Source: Bigelowiella natans CCMP2755 (lineage: Eukaryota > Protista > Cercozoa). Taken from it: a DNA stretch of 64,000 nucleotides. Where the stretch lies: contig ADNK01001159.1 in assembly GCA_000320545.1 (NCBI GenBank), positions 8,104 to 72,103 on the forward strand, read 5' to 3'. The position numbers were made by a program, and so were the translations under genes. The stretch's first letter is position 1. Every line of letters begins with the position of its first letter. Below the pieces are notes generated by a model. That model had not been told where the DNA came from, searched no databases, and worked only from the letters and a program-made list of their open reading frames with translations. Positions 39,401 to 51,672 of the stretch are shown here, one piece after another.

Positions 39401-40565
39401 AGAGCAAGTTTTTGTAGGCCTTAATCATTTGACATAAATATCTCAGATTGTGTCGCATATCCCTGAAAGCAGAAGTGCCTATTTGCATATTCTCACTGGC
39501 TTTGGTAATAACCTAAAGCATCGTTTTCTGCTATTATCCCGAGATTATTCATGTTATTAGGTGTTCAATCTACTCAAAAGGCATCCGCAGTGTCAGGAAT
39601 TAGTCCATAGAGTACCCAAGGTAGATTATTAAATCGATTCATTCGTTCGATATACGAGTATCTCGACGATAGTGATACTCATGATAAGATAACATGTGCA
39701 GGAAGAGGGTATCCTAGCTGTTGTGCGGAGAAAGCCTTTTGGCCCAGATCCTTATCAAGAAAGCAACCCCGACATGGCAACGTCCGTATTAGCAGCATCG
39801 TGTCTGTCTCCGTCCCACATGCGAACTATTTCCGCAGCGAGCCTTCTTTATCAACTGCCACCAAAAATGATGATTACAATGCAAACCATCTTTCGTCTGA
39901 AATCTAATGAAGATTGCATTCCCAACATATTCTGATTGGCAAGGAAATATGGAAATTTTTGGTTATTCAAATATCTTTAGTAAAATACGATACAATAAAC
40001 TGCGTATTGTTTCTGAAAAGGTGCAAAGCCATTGATAGTTGCCTGTGGGAAATCAAGACTTTGAAGAACCACTACTCTCCTAAGGCATGTTCTACAGAAA
40101 GTTTTGATTCCATTTGCGATCTAATTATTGCTCTGGTGCAGCATCTCATATTTTTTGTGAACAGGTTGTCGCACTTGTCAGGAACTTCACAGATGAAAAT
40201 GCACCGAAATACGAAAGTAATAAATATTCATTTTTTTGAAAGATGTTGTAATTTTCATCTAGTTGTAAAAGATATCTGATGAATTTTCAGTCGACATGGA
40301 GCCCTACATCAAAGAGAACTTCAATTCGTTATATGAAGAGGTTCCATTCATTTGTTTACTGACGTGACTCGAAATCCAAATATTAAATGGAAAAAATGTG
40401 AAAACAGGAGGCGAACCACAGAATCAATCATCGTGTAGCTCTTCGGTAAGAAATGCTGATGCAGAATCCGTAGTTCTTTTTAAAAAATGAGGTTTTGCTT
40501 TCAGGTACAATCCCCCGGAGAAACTATTTGCAGGGAATTCTTTCATGCAAGATTTTCAAGAATGA
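36437..40565 (+). CDS. NOC4: Nucleolar complex protein 4 (NOC4, CBF/Mak21 domain); more than 20 exons; start approximate
   Basis: SYDIGGFVSLLALEG|LFILMQKHNLDYPDFFPKLYQLL, LPAYMVAAFAKRL, FNLLKRHPQC, AIDSCLWEIKTLKNHYSPK. Confidence 0.92.
39861..39940 (+). ncRNA. Intronic box C/D snoRNA; predicted guide for the LSU rRNA Am807 equivalent (snR39/snR59-like)
   Basis: Box C ATGATGA 39867-73; guide ACCATCTTTCG 39885-95, complementary to conserved LSU CGAAAGAUGGU; D' CTGA 39897-900; C' ATGAAGA; D CTGA 39932-35; CCAA/TTGG terminal stem. Confidence 0.85.
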
Positions 40566-40659
40566 TTGAACCGAATGAAGAAACCTGATATATTGATGAA
40601 GAATGTCAATTTGAAATTGCAAAATGAAGAGTACCCTTTAACATCGTATGTAGTCCTGC

Positions 40660-41830
40660 ACGTTGTGCGACACGATTTGTCAACATGATGATGATGAGCT
40701 GCACACAAACATCTAGAACTAGACATGCTCTAGATGTTGTTGCTGCACGCGTGCGACAACTACTTGTGCGATCAGCATCATCATTTGATGTAAAGGAATC
40801 AAACGTTGTGATGGCAACATGTGCGCGTGTTGTCAAATTGCTTGCACACATGCCACTACTAGGCTAGCTTGCTTGCACCGCTCTAGCTAGCTAGCACGCT
40901 AAAAACAGACAAGTGCAATTTGAGCGTAGCACTCCCATGTGCCGTGACGACCGCGGCAGCTTGCGGACCATGCCGCCACAGTGCAACAGATGCCATGCCC
41001 TGGTGCTGCGTCGTCACTTTCGTGCGCTAGTGTGATCTCAATGATGGCACAAAAACGCGTGGCGTTTTCGATGCGATCGACACGATGCCATCTAGCAGAT
41101 GTGAACAACACCAGAATGCGAGCCAATCGACACAGTTTTCTAGTTTGGACGATCGCGCTACTGCTGGGCTGGCACTGGTCAGCGCTGAGCCCCAATCTGG
41201 CAACATGGAGGCGGCGAAAGTGTTGCGAAGAGAGCACAGACGACGCTGGCCACAATGAGGGTTCGACAAACGATCGAGTGAGGAAACGAACGAAGCGGTT
41301 CCAACGGTGCACGATGATCATCACGGATGGTGGGGTGTGCCAAGTGCCAACAAACACAACCGTGTCAGCACGCCAAGCCAACAAGCAACAAAACAATCAC
41401 GGTGGATCGAAAAGACCAAGGGTTCGTTTTGCATCCGACAGCCACGGCACCTGGACTGGTCACCTGCAGGGCAATGAGCAAACGCAAAGACAATTTGTGA
41501 CTCCCGCAAACTCAACGTCCAGAACGTTCGAGACCCCAACAAAGCAACAAAGCCAGAAAGCCACAATGACTTGTGGCCAGCTGAACCAGTGGAGCGGTCC
41601 TTTGTGGCTCCAGCAGCCACGCACCCGGGATCGGAACCACATCCGTGTGAATGATTCAACAGCCCATTGCATCAATCTCATGGAAACTCCTTTTTTGTCT
41701 GAACAAATGAACAAGTGGATGAGTGAATGTGCTTCCAATGCTTGGTTCGAATGGATCACTGAAGACGCACTGATGTGGCATCATCTTTCGGGGAAAATGT
41801 CTGTCGGAAGAGACTACCGACTGCACATCG
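40660..41830. other. TpA-depleted intergenic island containing a spurious 298-aa ORF
   Basis: No TA seen in 41161-41814 (about 650 nt); CpG abundant. Confidence 0.9.
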
Positions 41831-42440
41831 CCCTATGCACACAACAATTAAGATTTGAACTTGTCGCATCACGATAACAGCCTCATTGTTCTTGCAGGCA
41901 CCACGGAAAGATTTTCGTCAATTTTTTCTCCTGTCGCAAGGGGTCTTATCCTCTTGAATTTTCATGATATTTTGGATTTTTACCTCTAAAACAAAAAAAA
42001 ACGTCAATAATAAGAAGGAGAGAAGACTATCAAGGACGAACAACACATTTAACCTTGTTCCTCCCCCTGCCCACCTGGCTACCCTTTTTGGGCCCTGTGC
42101 GTGAGTGCGTGTTGCGTCGGAAGCGAAAAAAGAACGCGGCACCTTTCGGAGGCACCCTCAGTAATCATTCACAATCAATCATGCATCGTGAAAAGACGTG
42201 TGAGCAAAGCAGGGAGTGCAAAGATGTTCATATCGAGAGTCGGTCGACGGGCACGATTAAACTTTTCAATCAGCATTGAATATATATGAAACCTTTGAAA
42301 GGCAGCATAGTTCGTTTAGTCGTTACCATTTCATCGTAGGTGCAATATATATATATTTTTTGTTGATATCTCCCTAACAGGAATAAATTGGTCATTTGTA
42401 TTTTGATGTTAAGGAGACTATCGACACTTAACAAGTAGTA

Positions 42441-43450
42441 ATGGCGCACTATCATGGCGAGCAAGTAAGACCGAACCTATATTTCTGCTCTCGCTCATCC
42501 TATTACGAATCATCTCGGATGATTCATACTGTGTTGTCATCAGGTAGTAGACCAGGAACTACAGCTGGTGAATGGGGACTCTGAGGAAGAAGGAGGCGGA
42601 GTTTCGTGGTCACAAGGACAAGAAGTTGAGGTTAAATATTTTCTGCCTTCAATTTGCCTCAATATCCTCAACATTCGGATGATTTCATCACTCGACTCTG
42701 CTGTTGGTGGAAGACTGTTTTTGGTTAACGCCCATTTTTCCTTGAACAGTCGAAGATAACAGTTCCTTATCTTTTCTAGGTATATTCTCGTAGCAAAGAC
42801 AGATGGATAGCCGCCGTAATAAGAAAAGTAATGAGAGAAAATGGCGAAGATTGGATCCAGGTTAATTATTCCGTCTATCATTCACCATGGTACTCTAAAG
42901 CAAGAGTTGTATTCCAAGGTCTATTACAAAAACTCGACCCAGATGAAAGACGTTCGGTAGAGGAAACATCTTCATAAAATAATTCACATTCATGAAATGA
43001 TGCGTTTTTTGGTGGAAATATAGCGCGGACTCTAAAGATATAAGGGTCATCGCTAGAAGAGGTAGCATTAATTCTGCCGTTTCCCCTTGCGTATCCTAAT
43101 TTTCAAAATGTACCATCCTTACAGCCTCTCCGAAGTTCTTGAAGGTTATCTTTGCAATCAGATGTCCATAAAATCTCTACAATTTTTACTTACTTATTAT
43201 TCTCTACTGCATCTCTACGTAACCCATAATCTATTCGTACAGCATGGAGGGGCAGGAGATCAGAAAAGGTTCCAAAATAGCATTTTTGTTACGTCACATC
43301 ATGACTAATAAACTAATTAATTATGTAGTACGGGGCTTGGTTTTACCAAAATTCTGCACAAAATAGCAGCTATTTCCAAACAGGTCTTCATACTCGACAA
43401 ATTATTTTTTATGTAGATTCCTTACACTAAGAACATTATTATATTCACTA

Positions 43451-43495
<45 letters not shown>

Positions 43496-45276
43496 TATAA
43501 ACTGCATGTTTTGTTTTGCGTGTTTGTGTGGGAAGTGTAGGGAAGCACAGAATTTAAGTAGACTTTTACGACGGATTTGGTGCTCGTGTGTGTCGTCCTA
43601 GGTTGAGGGAGGATTATATCTCATCAAGAGAGTGGCAACTGTCATTCATAGACTAGCTCATTTGGAGCAGACTCATGTCCAAGCTTCTAAAAAGGCGCTC
43701 GATCAAGAGAAGCATAAGTTGAAGGTACCATACAAAGAGAAATGTTGTTCTTTGTTTCTTAAGATTTGACCGTTCAGGAGAAGTTTACAGACGAGATGAC
43801 AAGATGCGTCGATGCGTGGGAAGGAACGGAAATGTATTTAACCAGTCAATTAAGCAAGAGGGAGCAGTTGGCAACAAAGATGGAACAACAAATAGCAACC
43901 CCTATGATGGAGTTCTTCAACGATTCCGAATTGAAGCGAAAGGCTATTATTAAAGACGAAAAGAAATATGGGGTTGAGATGAATCGAGCTAAGTTGGGAG
44001 TGCAGAAGAACTTGCGAAATTGCCAAAAGCTCATCAAGAGTTGTATCGTTGCAAAGTCAGAAGAGGAAGAAAAGAAAAAGGGAGGCCCTGTCAAAAAAAA
44101 TAAATTTGGTGGCATGCTCAAATGGGCGAAGAATATGATGAGAGGCAGTCTCCAAGACCTCCAGACCCAGGCAGCTTCAGCTGCCAAAAACTACATTGCT
44201 TCAATAGAGTATGCAAACGAACGACAAAAAAAACACTTCGAAAAGGAACTTCCTCTGATATGTAAGCAATTCGAAATGCTCGAAAGATCGCGAATGAATG
44301 CGCTGTATAAGTATCTCAACATGCTGAACACCCTATCATACGAGCATGCGGATCCTGTTATCAAATACATCGAAGCGCATAAAGCTTCAGTGACAAACAT
44401 TAACCCAGATCTTGACATTGGTGACTTTGCCGCCAACATAATCCGCAATTATGGGGATGTTCCTGAGATTGAGCCTTATACCTACCAGCTGTCATGTCAG
44501 CTGAAGGATATCAAAGCTGGAAGATTTGAGGGCAATCCTAATTCCTTCTTCTTTGCCACACTCGAGCACTGCATGGAGCTGCAAAGTGGGAAGCACTCGA
44601 ATCTCGACGTACCGATAATTGTTGTAAACATGATCGAAGCAATCAGAAAGTTAGGCGGTTTTACTGTGGAAGGAATATTCCGGCTTTCCGCGAAAAAGGA
44701 TGATCTTGTACGGCTACGAAAGCAATTTGATCAAGGAATCTATGCAGTGAAAGAAACGTCGCCCCATGTACCAGCAGGGTTACTCAAGCAATGGCTGCGA
44801 GAACTAGCAGAGCCACTGATACCTACCGAGAAATACGCAGAAGCCATAGAAATTGCGAGAAGCAAACCGGAACTCCAGGATGTACAGAACTTTGTCGAGA
44901 AACTTCCTGGGATAAACCTTAATGTAAACTCACTTAAGATGAATACTTACCACCCTTTATATACATTACTAGCTTTGAGCATTATTTTATTTGAAATGTA
45001 GTAACTCATTGCATATTTACATTTAGGTTTTAAAGCATATTTCTTCTATGGCAAAAGAAATTGCAGCGCAGTCTGCAGTGAACAAGATGACGTTCTCCAA
45101 TCTCGCAATCGTGTTCGCTCCAGGGTATTAACAGTTACGATATGTATCTCATTTGGTTTTTAATCTTTCTACTATTTTTCAGAATGCTACGGAATCCTTC
45201 TGAAGACCCACATGAAATGCTTGAGAATAGTAAATATGAGACCCTGTTCACAAAATTTTTGTTACAAACAGGGTAG
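42441..45276 (+). CDS. Tudor/Agenet-like + F-BAR + RhoGAP protein
   Basis: WSQGQEVE|VYSRSKDRWIAAVI N-terminal domain; helical F-BAR-like region (FEMLERSRMNAL, INPDLDIGDF); RhoGAP motifs GGFTVEGIFRLSA, PAGLLKQWLRELAEPLIP, NKMTFSNLAIVFAP. Confidence 0.88.
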
Positions 45277-45432
45277 ACCCAATCGGTTTAATTCTGAGGA
45301 CATCGGAAACAAATGCTCCGATGGTTTAATCTAAGTCTTTGATAAGCTAAAAAGTTATTACTACCTTTCAGAACAAACTAGTAGATATGGGCCGATATCA
45401 TGGTGATATTAATCATATTCGATAGCACATAA

Positions 45433-45480
45433 GCACATAAGCGGCCTAATGATACTGCACATAAGCGGCCTAACGATACT
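45433..45480. repeat. 24-bp tandem duplication downstream of the RhoGAP gene
   Basis: gcacataagcggcctaa(t/c)gatact twice. Confidence 0.85.
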
Positions 45481-46162
45481 GCTAGGCCTATGTTAAAACA
45501 CCGTCGCACATTTATGCAGTATTAAAAATACCAGCTATTACACTTGTATGGCGGGTAAGGGTAGGTCTATGGGGACCTATATAGGTCCGTATATATAGAT
45601 CTACAATACTGATCAATTGTACGTGTGTGCGCATGTGTACGTGTGAAATAATCTTTCTAGCTCTGCTAGCATAAGCGTGCTTTAATGCTGGCGGAATCAA
45701 TACAAAACCTACAGCGGCGCGATGCGATGTGGATAATCACTTATGAGTTGTGCTAAGGCTCTACAATAGCCATAGAGTACTCTAGTACTGTGACAAAACT
45801 TAGCACGCGTAGCGTGATGTACAAGTCGGCTAGCAGCAACAATACTAGAATGATAACATTTTTTGCAATAAATATGTCGCGTACGTGCATAGCTAGATAG
45901 GCCATCGGGGAAGCCATCTAACGTACAATACTCGTTGTGATGAAAATTCATTTATTATTAGCTTATATGGGGAAGTTTCTTCCAACGTCATTCCAAGTGC
46001 GTCATCACGTGCACAACTCTAGTACTTAGCTATGCATGACGCTTCAAATTAGGATTCGTCGAAGACATTTTGTCAGAACCAAAACTTAGATTGTCTTCGT
46101 TATCATGTCTCTTTCTTGTAAATGTACATCGAGATGTTTTTCTTTTGTTTACAGTGGAACTA

Positions 46163-47872
46163 TCACATAAATTCATTACCAATATTTTGACGAGCTGTCC
46201 TTCGATTCTCCTTCCGATATCGCTTGCTCTTCAGCTTAAATTCAGTTCTTTTTCCTTTCGCAGAATCTTTAGCTTTTTCTATGGCTTCGCCAGCAGTCCG
46301 AAATTTGCCTTTTTTCTTCATTATTTCCTCCTCCTCTTCCAGCTCCTCTAGCAGGGCCAAGTATTGATCATACCTCTCCCAATCTTTCCCAACGCTACAG
46401 CCTGGCTCATCAATATGCTTGCAATCGCTAAATTTGCACGGTAATTTTTCAACAACAGATGATATTTCCGGGAAACAAGCAGCCAGGTCAGTGGACCGCA
46501 CTTCAGACAGTGTTGCTTTTGAGAATCCTGGTGTATCCGCGAGCAACCCGCTGCCACTACCATCACTTTTTCCATCATCATCTTCGTCCTTCTGGGAGGG
46601 TAGACGAACCAAAGACACTGTCCGAGTAGTTTGCTTCCCAGATCCTGACCTTGCCGAAACCGATTGTACCGATTGGAGTTGGGAGTTTTTTACTAGGTCA
46701 TCCGCATCACGTCCTCTAGCACGTCCTCTTCCTCCCTTTCCCAACACATCTCTGCTAACGTCAACAGGGGAGGAAGTGGAGCCATCATAACGAAATCCAT
46801 CTGTAAGCATCCAGTTAATTATACTTGACTTTCCAACTCCACTCGGACCGCATAGCACGGTTACCTTCCCTCTTAGTTCATTTCTTAGATCATCCAAGCC
46901 TTCGCCATTTTTCACGCTTACGAGAAAAGCTTTGTGGCCCCATGCTTTAATTCGATCCTCCCAGTCCAATCTAGTTGCTTCGTCAACCGTCTCACACTTG
47001 TTCATGACGATTAGAAATGGAATTCCGGCTTTCGAAAGAGAAACTGTGAATCGTGTCATGAGTTCTACACTGGGATCTGGAGTTTGCATCGCAAATACCA
47101 GGAGTGCCAAATCTGCATTTGCTACTTTCGGTTCCATCAATTCAATTTTTCGTTCAGATACCCCCACGACCATTCCGCTGTTTTGGATCCAATCAATGGT
47201 TGAGATTTCTACTTGATCCCCCACCATTATCTTCACTTTTGCCTTTTTTAACACCTTTCTAATAACACACTGTAGTTCCATAGTCCCGCATTTTGGAGAA
47301 TTAAGCGCGGCTTCATGCATAGCAGCATCTTCGAGCTCACCTGCTTTTTCTGCGACAGCTTTTGCGGCTTGAAGTTGCTCCCGCCGCAGATCCCACAAAT
47401 GCTGTGGTAAATCCCTAACATTCACTAGTACTCTCAGTACTTCCGAGTAAGAGGTCGTGACTTGACCGCAAGCAACCGTATCGGTAGGTGACTCAACATT
47501 TTGCTCATGATAACTTCTTTTGCATTGAGTGCTACACAGACGGTGATTTGTCCAGTAGTTCTCACGCTTCGATGTTCTTTTCCAACCTGCAGGATAGAAG
47601 GGGTGAACATCAAAGCAGAGTTTATTTTTGTTAAAATTACGATCTTGTTCCGAACGGATGAGTCTTGGCATCTGGTGTTCTTTAACAGGCGAAAAATTAG
47701 AATTGACATTTCTGGACGCTCTGGACATGCAATGCCGTTGAACACGCGGTGCTAGAAGTCGGTGTTTAAGTTGGTAAACGTTGGAGGAGGAGGAGAAGGA
47801 GGGGACCAGGGCGATAAGAACAGCAACCAACATAACTCCTAGTCTTAAAGCTATCCTCCTTCTTATATCCAT
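46163..47872 (-). CDS. rsgA: Small ribosomal subunit biogenesis GTPase RsgA/YjeQ with a bipartite (signal + transit-like) leader; intronless
   Basis: Circularly permuted G motifs NKCE, GPSGVGKSS, GKQTTR, DTPGF; zinc site CKFSDCKHIDEPGC; OB-fold motif VGDQV; hydrophobic leader LGVMLVAVLIALVP. Confidence 0.95.
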   Translation of the reverse strand: MDIRRRIALRLGVMLVAVLIALVPSFSSSSNVYQLKHRLLAPRVQRHCMSRASRNVNSNFSPVKEHQMPRLIRSEQDRNFNKNKLCFDVHPFYPAGWKRTSKRENYWTNHRLCSTQCKRSYHEQNVESPTDTVACGQVTTSYSEVLRVLVNVRDLPQHLWDLRREQLQAAKAVAEKAGELEDAAMHEAALNSPKCGTMELQCVIRKVLKKAKVKIMVGDQVEISTIDWIQNSGMVVGVSERKIELMEPKVANADLALLVFAMQTPDPSVELMTRFTVSLSKAGIPFLIVMNKCETVDEATRLDWEDRIKAWGHKAFLVSVKNGEGLDDLRNELRGKVTVLCGPSGVGKSSIINWMLTDGFRYDGSTSSPVDVSRDVLGKGGRGRARGRDADDLVKNSQLQSVQSVSARSGSGKQTTRTVSLVRLPSQKDEDDDGKSDGSGSGLLADTPGFSKATLSEVRSTDLAACFPEISSVVEKLPCKFSDCKHIDEPGCSVGKDWERYDQYLALLEELEEEEEIMKKKGKFRTAGEAIEKAKDSAKGKRTEFKLKSKRYRKENRRTARQNIGNEFM

Positions 47873-48617
47873 TTGGGTTGGATATGAGCGAAACGAGGCT
47901 CAACGATGAACACGATGGGAGGACTCTGTGTGTGGCAATGGGGGCATGAGCGTTGTGCGAGCCAATCAATGAAAATCGTCTGATATGTTAGTCGCAGGTG
48001 TTTATTTGGCCTGCCTTTTAAGAATATGACTCAGAAGAAGAATAGGAAGAGCTAGATTGCTTCTTCTTTTGCACTTCAGCAAAGAATTACATGTAGGAGC
48101 TTGTGGCAAATCCCGGTATTGCCAGAAGCACCGGTCATTGTCTCGAGGAATTTTTGGCTGTTGTATCAGGTAGATCTATCAGGTGACGTGGACAAACCCT
48201 ACCTCATAAATGAATACCGCGTTAATTCTATAATCGGTACAAAAATGGAGGACAATTTACTCAAATAAATAGGTCCCTACTTGCAAAGAAGGGTCGAAAA
48301 GCCCTTCGAATTCGAAGATCAGGGCATTCGCATATTTTCAACACAATGTTTTGAAAATGTAGATATGAAAACAGGCGACGAAAATCCATTTCGCTTAGTT
48401 AGAAATGTAGTATGGTTATGTTTGTGGCCATTTTGTCAGAATGTGGAACAGTTTTTTCTTGATTTATGCTGACAACCAGATCACAAATCTCAAAAAGAAC
48501 GTACCACAAAGGCCACCCCCCTACACGCTGACTAATCACCTGTCATGCTTAAACCCTCGCTGCATTCTAATACTGTGTGTCCAGACGATTTAAAAAATTT
48601 CTACTCGTATCAGGAAA

Positions 48618-49777
48618 ATGGGAGAGGTATCTGGAGAATTTAAGCTCAGCGAAGATCGTCCTCGCAAGGATCGCATTTTCCTTTTTGATGTGGATGGAAC
48701 CCTGACCATCCCCCGCGGAGAAATCGATGAGGAGATGAAGGTAAATTGAGATATTTAACCTTAGTTTCACTTTTTTTAAAACTATTTGAGACAATTTCGT
48801 TGTCTTCATCCCTGAGTACAGCAGAAAGATAAGATGTGTTCTGTGTCAGACCTTCATGGAGGACCTTCGCAGTAAGGCCTACGTTGGTGTCGTGGGCGGA
48901 TCTGACCTATCGAAACAGCTGGAACAACTGGGAAATAACTGTGTGAACGAATTCGACTACTTCTTTACGCAAAATGGACTTGTTTCCTTCAAAAAGGGGA
49001 AAGCCTTGTCATCCACAAGCATGGCTCAATTTCTAGGGGAGGAAAAGCTGCAGAAGCTCATCAATTTTATTCTGGGGTAGTTTAACAACCCATATGCAAA
49101 GTATTTTAGAGTATCGTTTTTAGCGTAGTCAAAAATTTATTCTTAACGCAGGTATCTCTCCAAGATCGAGCTACCATGCAAGCGCGGAACTTTCATCGAA
49201 TTCCGTACCGGAATGCTCAATGTGTCCCCAATTGGACGTGCTTGTTCTCGACCAGAACGAAACGCATTCGAAGAGTACGACCTGAAGACCGGGGTATTTT
49301 ATGTGCCATTCGATAATTACTTGCACCCTAGCTAGAAAATGCAACAAGTGACTCACCTTACCACCACCACTCCACACAGGTTCGCAAGACGATGGTTGAA
49401 GCTCTTAAGAAAGAATTTGCTGATTACAAATTGACTTATTCCATTGGAGGACAAATATCTTTCGATGTGTTCCCAGAGGGTTGGGATAAGACCTACTGTC
49501 TACCTACCTTGGAGAAGGTTCGTACCTTATGTAATATTACTCGTGTTTCTTGCCTCCTTCCCAACAATTGATTCCCTGCGATTGATTTTATTTACATTGA
49601 TATATCTTTTCATTAATGTCGCAGGATGGGTTCAAAGAAATTCATTTCTTTGGAGATAAAACCTACGAGGGTGGAAACGATTTTGAAATTTTCACTGACA
49701 AAAGGACTGTCGGGCACTCGGTCAAAAGCCCAGCGGACACAAGGAAACAAATCACTGAAATATTTGCAAAGAAGTAG
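48618..49777 (+). CDS. PMM: Phosphomannomutase (eukaryotic HAD family); 5 exons
   Basis: [74 protein letters not shown]. Confidence 0.97.
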
Positions 49778-49899
49778 ATATCTTGACATGTTTTGGAAGT
49801 GCGACCATGTATCACATTGAAGAGCATGGATTATCAATTGGCATTCACATCGTAACGCATTACACCTTTACCGGACAGCCTAGTGAAAACTTTGCACAT

Positions 49900-50600
49900 G
49901 CTACATAATGTCACCGCTATCACGGGTAATAGGTCGTCACAGCGCATGCCAGGGCGTGTACGTACCAATGACCACTTTTTTTACTCAAAATATATGCACA
50001 TATGCTCTAGCGATGCCTGTATGCTAGCATGACAGTATAGCAAGCTGCTGATTAGCATTTCAATCTTATTGCGATGTACTTACATACATCGTGAACCCCA
50101 TGAAGCTCTACTATACTAGTCTAGCCTATATAGACATATATGTGAGACGGATATAAGGAAGTAATTAAATCTTTATAGATCTTTTCAATGGCCATCCTAA
50201 TGTAGTTATGCAAAGCCACGGCTACGTACATACAGAGCTCATGTTGTGCATGTTATTTGTCTCCGCTATCGCTGCGTATTTCATGCATTTATACATCGTA
50301 CTAGCATTTTTTGAAAGCATAATCTGTGTTATTGTCCTATCGTCGATGTCTCGATCGCAGTGCGCGCACGCAGCGCCAGAGCGGTCATACGTATGTCTAT
50401 TGTGGTCCGTGCTTCTTTTTCAGCTTATTCAGTCGGTAGTTTCGTCTCGCTGTTTTGATTCGTTATATCGTTATGACGATCTAGCGATGGCATTCAATTG
50501 GTTCAGTGATCTGCGTTAGATGAGCTGTTGATATGATGTTCGTACGCTACTACAGACATGTCTAGATGTGTGTTACACTACTTCGCATACTAGAGACACA

Positions 50601-50642
<42 letters not shown>

Positions 50643-51320
50643 CATAGCATACGTATGTCTATTGTGCATGGTGCGGTCTAGCGATGTGTGCATCCAGAGC
50701 TAGACAGCCACGCACTTATATCGCGAACACAAATCGATTTGCCTTTCCATTGAATCGTCGCCAATCCAGCACTTTTCTTTGCAACTGTAGGCTGTCTTTG
50801 CACTGTGGCTGTCGTCTTGACAAACAACTACACTAGTACACTGTGCTAGTGGGTTCATTAGGATGACCATTGTGGAAAAAGTCCATCAATCATTGCATCC
50901 GACTCACAAACTTTGCATGCCTGCTAGCCTGCTAGCCTGCTAAATGACAACGTCGATGCTTCGAATACTAACTCTAGAGCTGTAATCACATGATCTGGGT
51001 TGCAATTCAAGCTGCAAACAAAGTGCATTAAAACTACTCTCTAGCTCTGTCGTATCGTACGCCAGTTCATTGCTGCAATGCTGCAATCGTACATCATCTG
51101 CTGGCGGTGCTCATGACACCTAGATAAGTATGATGCCTAAAATGCGTTGCCCTAACCTCGCTAGCTGCACGACGAGGCAAACAATTTCTGGGTATACAGT
51201 ATACACATCGCAGCTACGAAGAAGCGATGCTAGTATAAATCATCCGTCTCGCATCGCAGCTGCGAAGAAGCTATGCTAGTGTTTAACACTACACATGAGG
51301 CTAGCCATTTATGCATGATC
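49900..51320. other. Convergent spacer, CTAG-rich and only partly TA-converted, with short direct repeats
   Basis: catacgtatgtctattgtg twice (about 50386 and 50648); 31-bp repeat at 51206/51252; a (TA)n tract is still present near 50602-50640. Confidence 0.7.
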
Positions 51321-51672
51321 CATACATGAATTCGAAAGTTGTTTATTCGACTTTGTATCCATGATTTTTTAAAAAAGAAAATAACCTTATTTACATACTT
51401 CATGAACAAATTACAAGTAGCAATTTACGTAAATGCGGATGTAAAAAGTTGACCAGCTCTATATTTTTCTAACTCATACTACATTCGTTGTTTAAGCATT
51501 GTTCTAGATATGCAAAAAAAGTATAATAATAATAAAAACATAGCCTTACCTATTGTTGCATTTCTTCTTACCCATGAAAAATATAGATTAATAGTGACCG
51601 ATTTTACGACAGATAGGCCTGTTTTCTGACGCATTTATTCCCAAATTTGTAGTATCATTAGCAGAATCGCCT

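Noticed and set aside
40981-41877. 298-aa ORF as a real gene
   Set aside because: It lies in TA-free DNA where TAA/TAG stops cannot occur, has a GTG start, one Tyr and no recognisable domain
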